Source: Podarcis gaigeae | Taxonomy: Eukaryota | Length of the DNA stretch: 64,000 nucleotides | Strand: one strand, 5' to 3' | Assembly (NCBI GenBank): GCA_964106915.2 | Contig: OZ066924.1 | Notes under the pieces: model-generated | The model's input: only the letters and a program-made list of their open reading frames with translations | What the model was told of the DNA's origin: nothing | Database searches by the model: none | Part shown: one piece after another, positions 1-11,826 of the stretch | Layout of the letters: each line of letters begins with the position of its first letter | How positions within the stretch are numbered: the stretch's first letter is position 1 | Program-made: the position numbers and the translations under genes

Positions 1-103
1 TGAATCCAAGTCCTAAGTTTTACACCAGTCTTTTATTTAAGCACTCACCTGACAGCCACAAGGAACAAGGCTTTGCACACAGGCAAGTCAACTGGTTGGC
101 AGA

Positions 104-296
104 CAGTGGTGCTAACTTGAATAAAATATTAAAATATGGGGGGCGCAAGGTAAGCCCCACCCCACATAATTGATTACACAACACAGTGCACCCACACCAT
201 TTGAATACAATGCCCATAAACTTGGGGGGGAGCAGCCTCCTCAAATATTTTATGGGGTGGCAAAGCCCCCTCAGCCCCTAGGAGCTGGCTCCTATG
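104..296. mobile_element. hAT-like MITE
   Basis: Perfect 8-bp TSD ttggcaga (96-103, 297-304); imperfect TIRs cagtggtgctaact / agctggctcctatg. Confidence 0.7.
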
Positions 297-1128
297 TTGG
301 CAGACAAGGTGCTGAGTGCTCCATCCCTTCTCTGTGTCCTGCATAGCAGCCAAACAGGCTGCCAGAAGATAGAATTCACTTCCTTCATACTCTACATAGA
401 AATACAGTAGGAGGACCCCGTCCCTCCTCTGCCAGCTCCCACCAAGCTAGGGTTTTTTTGTGCTTGTGTGCAGACTAGTGACTTCTGTGGATTTACAATG
501 CTGTCTTGCTGAATCAGTCCAACTTTCTGTCTCCAACAGTAGCCACCAGATGGCCCCAAGAAGCTTAAAATATATGGGAGGATGGATTTAAGCCACCACC
601 AACATCTGAACAGAGGAGCTATATTTAACTGAACATGAAATGCAATTGATAAAATGTTTTTCTATCAAATATGGATTGTAACAGATTAGAAAATCTGCAT
701 TTAAAGCGAAGGAGCTGCTTCTGACAGCGGGAACAAATATCTAAACAATGCAGTCCTTTGTTACCAGTTTTACAGTAACATGTCGGTACTGCAGCAGAAC
801 ACTGTGTGTGGATGCTGACCCTACCTGAATGTAGCACCAATGCAGTCTATGGGTCTGTTCCAATATTACGTCCGATACTGTATTGCAAAACTCAATGAGA
901 AAACAATGTGTGATCTCCTGTAATCACATTTCTGGTAATTTCTTCTCCCATTCTCTATTCTCACTCAACTTGTACCTTAGTCTGAGCCCCGCCCCCCAAG
1001 CCCCCTTCCTCTCATTCCTCTTTCCAGGCCCTTTTACTTTCACCTCTTTCTCTTGGAAATAGCTTTCTTTTCTTCCCTGCTTTTCTATTCCCAATTTGTT
1101 TTTATATTTATTTATGGTTATACATTAA

Positions 1129-1486
1129 AAAGGTAAAGGTACCCCTGCCCGTACGGGCCAGTCTTGCCAGACTCTGGGGTTGTGCGCCCATCTCACTCAA
1201 GAGGCCAGGGGCCAGCGCTGTCCGAAGACACTTCCGGGTCACGTGGCCAGTGTGACATCGCTGCTCTGGCGAGCCAGAGCTGCACACAGAAACGCCGTTT
1301 ACCTTCCCGCCAGTAAGCGGTCCCTATTTATCTACTTGCACCCGAGGGTGCTTTCGAACTGCTAGGTTGGCAGGCGCTGGGACCGAGCAACGGGAGCGCA
1401 CCCCGCCGCGGGGATTCGAACCGCCGACCTTTCGATCGGCAAGCCCTAGGCGCTGAGGCTTTTACCCACAGCGCCACCCGCGTCCA
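1129..1486 (-). mobile_element. Sauria SINE, full length
   Basis: tRNA-derived head with A box TGGCGCTGTGG and B box GGTTCGAATCC; (ACCTTT)n tail; 15-bp TSD atggttatacattaa (1114-1128, 1487-1501). Confidence 0.92.
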
Positions 1487-2157
1487 ATGGTTATACATTA
1501 ACCTTTTGTAAATTCCTCCTCTGCCCTTTTTCCCTCAGAGGAGGAAGATTTCCTTTCCTCTTCCTTTCCTCTCCTCATTCCCCAGTCTTCCAGTCTGCTG
1601 GTCCAAGCAAAAGGCTACGGCATAATTAAGTGGCAAGACAGGCAAGAGAAGGTGGCCCAAGGCACACTGGTGGGTTCTGATCCACTATTTGAGAAACACG
1701 GTGTTATTCAAATGCCATTGTACGAGATTCAGTCATGGCAAAGCAGCAACCATGCGTCTCTGATAATATATGAATCAGGTTTTCGTATTTGAGCTTCAAG
1801 CATGCTGAAACACATCACTTTCCCACTTAGATTTCACTAGACATTATGGCAAAAAACCTCAGATATTCTTTACCGACTTACTATTTTCAACAAAGCATGT
1901 AGGCAGGATGTCAGATAGTCACAGTTGTTTGTGTAGCAGGATGCATGCTTAAATTAGCTTCTATCATGGTTTTAAATTTATAAATATATTACTTAAAATT
2001 TCAAAGCACACTATCACAGCTGGAGAACATGCATCACTTCCAAAACTGGACTTTTGACTCAGGAGAAGGATAGCAGGATAGAAGGATAGTTGGATAGAAG
2101 GATAGTTGACTCAGGAGAAGGATAGCAAGTTGAAGGAGAAGTAGTAAAGTTATTTAC

Positions 2158-3694
2158 CTTTTCTAATTTTTTGGCCTCAATGTGTCGCAGCACCTGTTCC
2201 CTCCAGTCATGGGGAACTTTACTTTTTCCTGGAGGATCTAGCAGAGAGTGTTCAGAGTTAACTCTTGGGTTTGTTCTTTTAGAAGGACTAGTCCTTGAGT
2301 AATTGAAGTCACTAACTGACATAGTTCTCTCTGGTATTTCGTTTGCTGAAGGGCGAGCACTCTGAGGCCGAGGTACGTTGGGCCCATCCACGCTGTAGGT
2401 TCTTGCAGAAAGAGGTCTTTGCGGCCCTGACATTATTGGTGGAACTCTTCCCATTGAGTGCAAATCCCTGTACGTTAAATAATCTCCTTCAGGAACCTGA
2501 GGGCGCCGAGGAGGCCCAGAATCACCAATGTTCATGGAAGCAGTGGAAGAGACACTGCTCTGCCGCTGGAGAGTATTTCGGCTTGCTCCAGAAACAAGTC
2601 TGTCATTTGGTGGAACGGCCCACATTTCCATATGCCGGCCACCCATCCTTTGATGCGTATTATACGCAGCAGTAGCTCTAACATTGTTATGGTTAGAGAA
2701 ATTCATGTTGGCAGAATGTTTCACAGAATTACAGCCATCTGCGGTATCTGACCTTGGCAAGCGTTGAGGAGGCAAGCAGCTTTGTTCAACTAGGGAGTTT
2801 TGTTTCGGGGGCCACAAGGATTCTTTGGCTGCCATGCTGCTACTGTACTGGATATTATATTGAGGGGTACTGAATTGTTGTGAAGTATTTGTCCCTTGCC
2901 CTCTTATTACATTAGTACCTTCAGGATTATGATTCGAATCAAATTTGAACACTGTTTTTGTACACATTAAATCAGACGATGACGAACATGCAGGAAATAC
3001 TTGTAATGGCTGGTCATAGAGGAGAGTAGCTGATTTACTCCGGACTATGTTTTTTCCATCAGGACCTGTAACTGCTGGTTTTACTACAGGATTTGGCTGC
3101 TGGGATCCATTGTCATTGATGATATCGTAAATTTTCAGAGCACCTGTGTCCATGTTAGTTATGCTGTGAGATTTCACAACTGGGCCACTCCGCTGGGGGG
3201 ACAAGTCTTCAGTGCTTTTTGAAAGACACATTTCCAAAGAAGAATCGGTATCAATTGTAGCACTTCTCTTTAGCTCTGGTTTTCCTGCACAATGGAGCCC
3301 TTCCTCAGAATGCCCATTGACATTATTTATAGGACCCAGGTTAGAATATTTATTTCCATTTTCCAAATGCTCAGTTTCTTCTTTTATATTATTGTTTAAA
3401 AAGCCCTTAACTGATGATATTTCCTGTGATTTTATTCGTTCTACTACATTTGATTGGATTCCTTCTTCATCAGTCAACTTGCAGATATTCATGTTAATTT
3501 GGTGAAATTTGTGAGACTCATCAGTAGCATTGTTTAGCTCAACACCTCTTTCTATCAGGGCTAATCTCTCCTCAATGTTTAATCTGAATTCAGTGAAATT
3601 TGTAACTTGATCTTCAGCATCTAGTTTTTCATCTGCTATGACATTTAATTCACCTCCATTTTGTAAAAGACTATTGGAGTTTTCATCTTCTTGC
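2158..3694 (-). CDS. ERBIN: ERBIN exon 21 (large linker exon), QEDENSNSLLQNG...IEAKKLEK
   Basis: 1537 nt; ttcAG|G...AAG|gtaaat. Contains most of ORF 2059..3492 (SKSTEDLSPQRSGP, RSKSATLLYDQPLQVF, VPHDWREQVLRHIEAKK). Confidence 0.97.
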
Positions 3695-4563
3695 CTGAAA
3701 GCAAAAAATTAATAGTTTAACAAACTGATAGATATGACAACACCATTGTTATTATATTGGTATATCAATTACTTGTTGTGCACTAATAAAATAGTTTTAT
3801 AAGATGCAATGTACTAAGCATCTCCTTTCCGAGATAAAATTGTAGCTTATTAGGCATTGGATACCACTGAACATACACACAATCTTTAGTGACAAACAAA
3901 ATGTTTGGTAGAAATACAAAAAACTAAGTTATTGTTCACTGAAATTACTTTAGTGACTGTAGAGCATCTGCTATGTATTTAACATTTTTAGAGGCTAAGA
4001 TGCAAAAACAAGATGTCAAGTGTGAAAGGAGAAATGCTAAAGTGTGTCCAAATACATTTGTTACATGGCCAGATAGACAATGCCGGGATAAGGCACCCGA
4101 CCAAGAACTATTCTGGTACTGCCGGGCAAGTAGTATCTCATGTCAACTATGCAGATGCAATGGGGAAAACACAAGAGAACTTAATGTTGAAGAGGCAGGT
4201 GCTATAGTTCATGGAGGGTAGTGGCAATTTCTTCCAGCTTCTGCCAATTCCCTATAAACTGCTCATTTCCTTACTCAGCTTGCTTTGATTTGGACATATT
4301 GGGCTTCTCTAGTGTACAAGTCCCATGTCAGTACAACAAACCACAACTCAGCAAAAGGACAGCAAACCAAAACAAGCAGACTTAGAAATACAATATGGAT
4401 GGTCATCTATAACTTGTATAGGAAAACAACAAATCCACCGTTTAATTTCTAAAATGATTTTAAACAATTTATGAAGTTATTAAAAAAAAACTAGCATAGA
4501 AACATGAAAATGACTTTTCAAATCAATATTCCAAACAACCATGCTATGTGGTATTTTTCACAC

Positions 4564-4747
4564 CTGATTTTGGAAGTGATAGCCATGTTAGTTTCCTTGT
4601 CTGGAGAGCACAGAGATGCTTCACGACTACTGTCGGTATTTAGAGAAACCGAGTCGGACATTCGAGAAGGAGAGGAACAATTGCTGTTATTCTGATTACT
4701 GTTGTGTGTGGGGTCATCCGACAATGAATCTATATCTTTGCTGTCAT
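4564..4747 (-). CDS. ERBIN: ERBIN exon 20, DSKDIDSLSDDPTHNSNQNNSNCSSPSRMSDSVSLNTDSS...SKI(R)
   Basis: 184 nt; ttttAG|AT...CAG|gtgtga. Confidence 0.95.
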
Positions 4748-5499
4748 CTAAAAAGAGTTCAAGTTAGCTTAGTATAGGTATATAATTACCTTATGGTCCA
4801 TTCAGTTTCATTTAATTTTCACAGGAAACCTACTGAATATATACAATCATAGAATTGTAGAGTCGGAAGGGACTGTTGTGAAACAGAATTTCAGTTCTAA
4901 ACAATTTCATTTTAACTTAGTATAGGCTAAAAGCAACAACATTTTGCCCACTACTGAAATTTGTTAACGCTGCCCGATCTAACTCCTCAAACATAGTCAA
5001 ATTATGTTACATGCACCCTTACATTCCTGGTTGCATAATGAAGTGAAGTATACATATATTTCACAGCTTTTGTGTGATATGCTTCAGATGGTCAAGTTAC
5101 ATGCATTTGGGATAGAAGCAATTACAAAAATTCTATGAAATTACTGTCAGCTCTTCATTAAACAATCCCCCACCCACCCACTACATAATTTTTTCACAAA
5201 TGTACTGGACATTATCATGAGCAAGATACATATTTCTGTGCCTGTTATTCAAGCACAGCAACATCCATTATATTTAAGCAGAGGAAATATCGTCGAGTAA
5301 GATGTGTACTATGATCATAATTACTTATGTAATCATGTTCCAAGCAATAAGGCATGTGAAAATACGCTCCATTAACTTAAGCGTACATGTGCTAGTTTAA
5401 AGGATGAACTTTCTAAAAGATGCTTCCAGATACTTTCATACAGCTTTAATTTAGCTTAATTTTATAAACTTTAACAACTGAAAGATTGTTTAATCTCAC

Positions 5500-5614
5500 C
5501 TTTTTTGCTATTGCCAAGTGTTACCACCTTTGGTTGGTTAATAGAGGTTTCTATGAGAGGGGGTCTCATTTCTGCTATTTTCATTTCTTCGTCAGAGGAC
5601 AGCTCTTCTGACTC
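5500..5614 (-). CDS. ERBIN: ERBIN exon 19, ESEELSSDEEMKIAEMRPPLIETSINQPKVVTLGNSKK(D)
   Basis: 115 nt; cctttggcAG|GAG...AAG|gtgaga. Confidence 0.95.
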
Positions 5615-5919
5615 CTGCCAAAGGAGAGGTGTGTGGTATAAATTTTCAGATGCTTGCCAAAATAAATAACTCCTTAGACAACCTAAGCATCTCTGCATGC
5701 ATTGTTCATTTGCGCTGGTATCTCCATTTATTTATTTATTTTTATTGTTACTGTAACTCTTCATATTGCATTGAGATTGCTCCTGAGAGGAGCAGCTCAT
5801 TGTGCAGCTGCAGTCAGAGGCTGGGCTTCAGAAGACAGCAATATAACCACCACTCACTCTGGAGCAAGACCCAGGCATCATGAAGAAAGCACAAAGGAAA
5901 CACTTAAACAACAACAATA

Positions 5920-5967
5920 ACTACTACTACTACTACTACTACTACTAGTAGTAGTAGTAGTAGTAGT
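5920..5967. repeat. Inverted microsatellite (ACT)9(AGT)7
   Basis: Read directly. Confidence 0.95.
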
Positions 5968-7157
5968 TATATGCTTCATTTGAAATACCGATAATATGTA
6001 AGCTTTGAAAGACCTGGGTGGGAAATTGAGTGGGGCACACAAAAGGAGAGTTTGTGCATTTCCAAGGCCTTGAAACAGGAAAACTGACATTTGAAGAAAG
6101 GTCCCCAGACCTATTTGGCAGGCTTAATCCAATTTGGAGGGGAAATTTGCTGTGCCTGTTTCTTGGGTGGGGGTGGGGGGAGTTATAGCTTTAAATAAAA
6201 ATTCACAAGAGTGAATGGAGAAGGGGAGTCAAAAACTCGTTGTTTTCCAAAACAAACCCACATCTTAGATGTCAAAATGAATCTGACAGCCTTTGAAGCA
6301 CTTCAGGCCAAGGTGGGCTGTTTTCCAAAAAGCATCAAACTGGGCTTTGAACGGAATTTTGTGCTCAGGACCTACTACTAGCCTATAAACATACGGTATA
6401 TATTTATACGCCATCCACTTACACTTATGAGTGATTGACAAGCTGTATAACAAATATAAAATCTCACAAAATTACAAAATCAAATACAACGTGTAGCAAA
6501 GTAAAATCATAACTATCAGACGTAGTAGCAACTCATATAATAAAGCAGAGCAAAACAGCACTGTTTTGTTTACTGATTATATTTATATCCTGCCTTGCAG
6601 CATGCAAGGTCCTCGCCTTCTCCCACGCCCTTTATCCTCAGAACAATCCTGTGAAATAAATTAGGCTGAGAGTGGCTGACCCAGTAAACCTCACAAATGG
6701 ATGTTTTCCCCAGTCCTAGTCTGACATTCTACCAGAGCACCACATTTGTTGGGATCTCAAAAAAGTAACTCTGGTGCATATACTGAAATAAAAAAAATGT
6801 GAAAAATATGCACACTTCATTTGAACAGAAATAATGAAAATGCAATTTCAGAATAATTTAATGTAATTAGTTATTCATTTATCTATTGTGTTCTGATTAA
6901 AACCTGCCTATTCAAAAAGTAATTTGCTGCTGGCAGCTGTAACAGCATTTTAGCAAAACACTTCTGCACACATCTACTCAGAAGTAATCCCAGGTCATCG
7001 TGTACTAGACTGTAACTTAAGTATTCTTGTGAGTTTGATTTATTTTTTAGGGGTAAATGAAAAATATTTTGCAATTTATATTCTCCTCATCATGTTTTGC
7101 TCAGCTTTGGGTGTTGCTTAGTTGGCAGAGAACATGCAAGGGTAACAATTAAACTAC

Positions 7158-7340
7158 CTCAAGAGTATCCTCATGATTAGCAATTGGTATTTTGTTCTCA
7201 GAGGTTTCAACTTGAGTATTCATCTGCAAGTTTCCGGTGCTATTCTCAATTTCTGCTACATTAGGTTTTTGCACACAGTTTCCTATCACATTCTGCTCTT
7301 TGTTTTCCATTTTGCTCTTTGCTGGAGTAATTTCTGTAGT
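7158..7340 (-). CDS. ERBIN: ERBIN exon 18, TTEITPAKSKMENKEQNVIGNCVQKPNVAEIENSTGNLQMNTQVETSENKIPIANHEDTLE
   Basis: 183 nt, phase 0-0, open frame; catAG|ACT...GAG|gtagtt. Resembles the mammalian KSK...IGN.VQK...SEN...NH.D..E segment. Not represented in the ORF track. Confidence 0.88.
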
Positions 7341-8788
7341 CTATGATAGATTTAAAGACATTAACAAACATTCTATTCTGGAAATCAACGCTGGTATACT
7401 TATTACTTTCATTTATTTAAAAAAAATCTATACTGCTTTTCATTTGCATAAAGAAACATCAAAGCAGTTCACACAATAACAGAACATCCAATAACAATAC
7501 TCATCAAGAAAATCAGTAAAATGGTGACAATGAGCAGTAATAATAATTAGGTAATTTAGTGCAGTATACTTATATATTGCTTCACACACCCAGAAGCAAT
7601 TCACGATAACAAAATATGTAAGAAAATCTATAACAAATACAAAACTAAGTGTTTGTCCAGAGAAAGTACCATCTAAAACAGAAGAAAATGTCCACCCCAT
7701 CCACAAAGGATGAATACCAATAGCCACCCAAACCCAGCCATTAGCGCTGTCCAAACTAAGGGTCAGGAAAGGCTTGGGTGAACTGTCCCAAATACAACAA
7801 CAGAGGCTTGTGTGCATGTAAGAAAGGAAGTTTTATTCAAGGATTGTAAAGATTCAGATCGAGTAACAAGTAAAGATCACCAAAGGTGACTAAGAGTTCA
7901 AGAATGCTATCAGGGTCTGAGACCGGATGAACCCTGCAACAAATGGGCACAACCCCCCGCTCCCCATCAGCTTTTAAAGGTGATACACAGCATGCTCACT
8001 TGTGAGACTGGTGCACTTGGAGTTTTGTGCTTCGCCTAATGGGGGTGTTGGTCTGCTGCCAACAGCAGAGGTGGCACCAAGTTCTCAGCCACAGAACAGA
8101 GCTACCCAGTCCAACTGCCCAGCCTCTCCTTCTGACTCGTCTATGCTCTTCTCCATTGCTAGGGAAGCTCTTTCTTCCATTGATGGAGGGGGCAGCGGAG
8201 AAAGCAAGGGGGACTGCCTCCCCTTCTCTGGCCTCTAAAGACAAAGGATCATGTGTGCCCCACCCTGCTTGCAGTGTCCCCAGTACTCTCCTCCTCCTCC
8301 GACTAATCTGAGCACAACTCCCACCCTGTACCAGTTGGGATCAATGAGTTCATGACAGGAATCAACACATTTCTACAAGTGACAAACTACTATTTTGCCA
8401 CTTTTATCTCATAATAATCTTGATATAAATCAAATGGAATTTTGACCTCACGCCATCTGTGAACCCTTTGATTTTCCTCTGCAAAGACCAACAAGAGGGA
8501 AGAAAGAAAGGTGCTGAAAGCAGAAATGCCTACTTACCAGAATCAGAGAACATAGTAATTACTTAAGCTATTTTCTAAATAGTGGCCAATACACACAAAT
8601 CAATTACTCTCAGTCCATGTTAACATTTCCAGTCTATCAGAGCTGGATAATTACTTTGTGGAATGCCAAAGGTAAGGCTTTTTGTTTTTGTAAATGTTTA
8701 TGATTATATATAAACATTTCCACAGTTCAAATTTTAGTATTTCATTAAAATGAACAAAATATGACAAAAATAGAATTTTGAAACTAAC

Positions 8789-8959
8789 CTTTACACCTGT
8801 ATCTTTCATTGAAATTGGCTGACTTTCTGGCTTTGTTTCTTTACTAGCATCATCTGGGTTTTCTTCATCTTTCAGTCTGTGCACTATTGTTTGAACTGTT
8901 TTGACCATATTCTTCAGCTCATCAGGGTAAGGTGTTGGATACCTCTTCAAATTACCCTC
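8789..8959 (-). CDS. ERBIN: ERBIN exon 17, EGNLKRYPTPYPDELKNMVKTVQTIVHRLKDEE...DTGVK
   Basis: 171 nt; cttAG|GAG...AAG|gttagt. Confidence 0.95.
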
Positions 8960-9787
8960 CTAAGCAAGAAAATTTAGTTTTTAGAAGTCGCATCACACTT
9001 GCAAAGTAACTCTGCACATTCTGACATCAGCTGTGGAACAGAAGAAACATTCCACTATAATCATAGGCCTGCTGCTGGAATTAAAGTGAATGGGGAATGC
9101 ACATGTACAGCCCTCCTTACATTTCTCACATTTCTACTCAACTCTTTCTCTAGGGAACTCATTATTTTTGCAGGATCAGTCTCAGCTAGGCATTGGTCCA
9201 GTACCAGAAGCTGTAAAAGAAACCTGGACCATGCATGAAGCTACAGATCACACATCTTACACCTATAGACCATTACATTTATTTGCATTATTTATCCTTT
9301 AATCCCATCTTTAAAACTAATTGTTATTTTAAATTACATTTCTACTCCTCTTTTCTCTTCTAATAAACATTCTTAAAGTGACTAACAAAATCTTGCAAAC
9401 ACCAGAAAGAAAAACACTAATAATTCACTTCATTAAAACGACAAAACAAACAGAACAAAAAGCAGCAGGACTGAACATGACATGCATGAGGTTCCCAGAG
9501 AGTTTGTTATCCAAGCACTAACCAGGGCCAGGCCCACTCCAAATCGGTGGCTGGCTGCATCATGTGCCTTCACAGCATAACCTCAAAGAGCTTCACGTTA
9601 AAGACTGTCTACATGCATTCTAAATGAAAGCTATGATCCTCTAGAATCTCACTGAAGCCTGAAGGTTGTGCAGAAGAAATTGTGAGAGAGTTGCCAGGAG
9701 GTTACCCAACTCAGCAGGAGATCCTATTAAAGGCAGAAAGTGTGAAACGTATGAAGGAAATCATGACAGAAGAAAGCAATTGCATAC

Positions 9788-9909
9788 CCTGGGTGGTGCT
9801 TCTCTTTCATCTTTATCTTCATCACATTCAAAAGCAACCTGAGCACGCTGTTTCCTCTGCTCCTCCCACAGTGAAGGGTTGAAGCTTTCGTTATCAGATA
9901 TAAACATAA
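9788..9909 (-). CDS. ERBIN: ERBIN exon 16, (V)MFISDNESFNPSLWEEQRKQRAQVAFECDEDKDEREAPPR
   Basis: 122 nt; tttAG|TT...AGG|gtatgc. Confidence 0.96.
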
Positions 9910-10105
9910 CTAAAGAAAAGAAAAAGGAAATTGATTCCTAAGCAAATAAGCTCCAAGGGATCTGGGACTTCAGGACCCTGATACAGGTGAGGGCCCAATA
10001 ATTTAAAAGTTAGAAATAGTAAAATCAGTAATCCAATCTAAATAGATACTCCCTTTATCATCAAACTTTTAAAAAATATATGAAAAAATAAAATCAAATT
10101 CCTAC

Positions 10106-10205
10106 CCTCTTCAGATCTTGGTTGCTGTGGGAACATATAATTAGTAAGCACTGTTTTCTGTGTTTCTGGGTCAACTTCTTTTTGAAGTGGAATGAGTGGT
10201 TTAGA
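10106..10205 (-). CDS. ERBIN: ERBIN exon 15, [33 protein letters not shown] (LAPSD)
   Basis: 100 nt; ctcAG|TCT...GAGG|gtagga. Confidence 0.96.
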
Positions 10206-10690
10206 CTGAGAATACAAACAAAACAAGAATGCCATTAGGAATATATACACATTCTATACACGTGCATGCAGCAAAATCCTAGTTTCATTTTCATCAAGAA
10301 TATATATTTGATATGAAATATTAAAACATAGCTGATATATTAAGTATGCTGAGTAATTTTATTAACCAAGTCCCAAGATAAAGAGTAGACGTTTTAAAAG
10401 AGTTTTGTACACACCCTATTCATGATGTATAACCGTTTTGCAGAATGTCAATGATAATCCTTTAACAGCATGTGCATGCACTTCAAGACAATAGGATCCT
10501 TTGGCTCATCAGAACATTAGGTCCAATGTGATCACTTTGTCATAAATACCAAATTCAGAAGCCAAAAAATATATTTGAGTCCAAAAGGGATTTATGTATG
10601 TCACTGAGGGGCTAGTTTTAAAATTTGTTAAGATTGCAAGAAATAATAATAAAAAAACTTCTAATCGTGCTAAAAATAAGCAATGCTTAC

Positions 10691-10760
10691 CTGATTATCT
10701 GATAGCCACATGGCAGTCAGTTGCTGCAGCTTTGTAAAGGTATAGGGCAAATACTTTAGT
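10691..10760 (-). CDS. ERBIN: ERBIN exon 14, LKYLPYTFTKLQQLTAMWLSDNQ
   Basis: 70 nt; cacAG|A...CAG|gtaagc. Confidence 0.96.
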
Positions 10761-11637
10761 CTGTGAAGAAAACATGTGATACAAAGATTATGCATAAAAA
10801 CAAATTATTTCTCTAAGAATAGACCAAAATGAGGATACCATAGATAAAGAATCACCAGCCCAGTGCCCATGAGTGACGTGGTTCCTGGAATAGGTACTAG
10901 CCCTCCAAGAAAGTAAGTTATGGGGCAAAAGGTGTAGGTACCTTCTAGTGATTTCTGTAAAATGAGAGCGGTGTGGCTACCATGTATATATATTTTTGTA
11001 TTGAAAAATGCTCCTGGTTGTTTATTAGACAGCAATAGCACCAGCATCAGTCAGAGTGTGTGCACGCCTTTTATCGCCATACTCCATACTTTTATCTCCA
11101 AACACTTAGCTGTCTTCCTGTGGTAAGCATAAGGTTGTCAGAGATGGCTGCCTCTCTAATTTTGTTTTATGTCACACACCCCAGGGCAGCCATTTTGTGT
11201 TATGCCATACCCCCTCCAATGCAGCCATTTTGTGACTGGTGCCCCCCAACCTCTTTAATCAAAAAAGGCTGGTGACCCCTGGCAACTTCATGTTGAGTAC
11301 CAGCACCTATTTTTCTAGGAAAAAAGCACCAGGAAGATGTGCGTGCATGTGCTTCCAGCTTATGCATTGCTGGAATGTAACCTGCTGTGCAAAGGCAAGA
11401 GTCACACCCATCGCTTCACCGAATTTCTTTCTCTGGCATGAAGCCTCTGGAAGACTGCCCATGAGGGAATAAGACTGTCAGGATGACAAAGGTTCCCCAC
11501 CCTTGAATACGAAAAACGTTATATGTTTTCACTTTTGGTTTTAAAACAGATGGACTTGTTTGCGGCATTAGATTTCTTTAATCAAAAGCTTTTCATTCAA
11601 TAATATCCAGATCTAAACAAATAGTAACTTTTTGTCA

Positions 11638-11640
<3 letters not shown>

Positions 11641-11707
<67 letters not shown>
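11641..11707. repeat. Compound microsatellite (TC)n(AC)n
   Basis: Read directly. Confidence 0.95.
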
Positions 11708-11711
<4 letters not shown>

Positions 11712-11826
11712 AACACACCCCACAAGCAACAACCTCATATCCACAGCAACCCAAGAATTAATCCCTACTATCTAACCAGTAGCTTTCTCTAATCAGATAA
11801 CAATTCCTGCATAACTAATAGGGCAA

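Noticed and set aside
825-880. Possible cassette exon (tacAG...CAG|gtaggg) in intron 21
   Set aside because: No resemblance to the ERBIN alternative exons I recall, an early stop, and no supporting elements.
1400-1486. tRNA gene (A/B boxes)
   Set aside because: tRNA-derived head of a Sauria SINE, with SINE body, tail and TSD.
2059-3492. 477-aa ORF as a standalone gene
   Set aside because: It is the internal ERBIN exon 21 (2158-3694). The Met is internal and the last 32 residues are intronic read-through.
2343-3505. Plus-strand ORFs of 110 and 97 aa
   Set aside because: Antisense shadows of exon 21 with no recognisable protein features.
5615-5660. In-frame intronic ASENLYHTPLLWQ upstream of exon 19, resembling mammalian KASENL
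   Set aside because: The homologous segment is already in exon 18 (TSENK), the nearest upstream AG is out of frame, and a good acceptor exists at 5615-5616. Coincidence.
7996-8311. Three overlapping ORFs in a GC-richer patch of intron 17
   Set aside because: No convincing acceptor or protein motif. Probably an unclassified repeat fragment.
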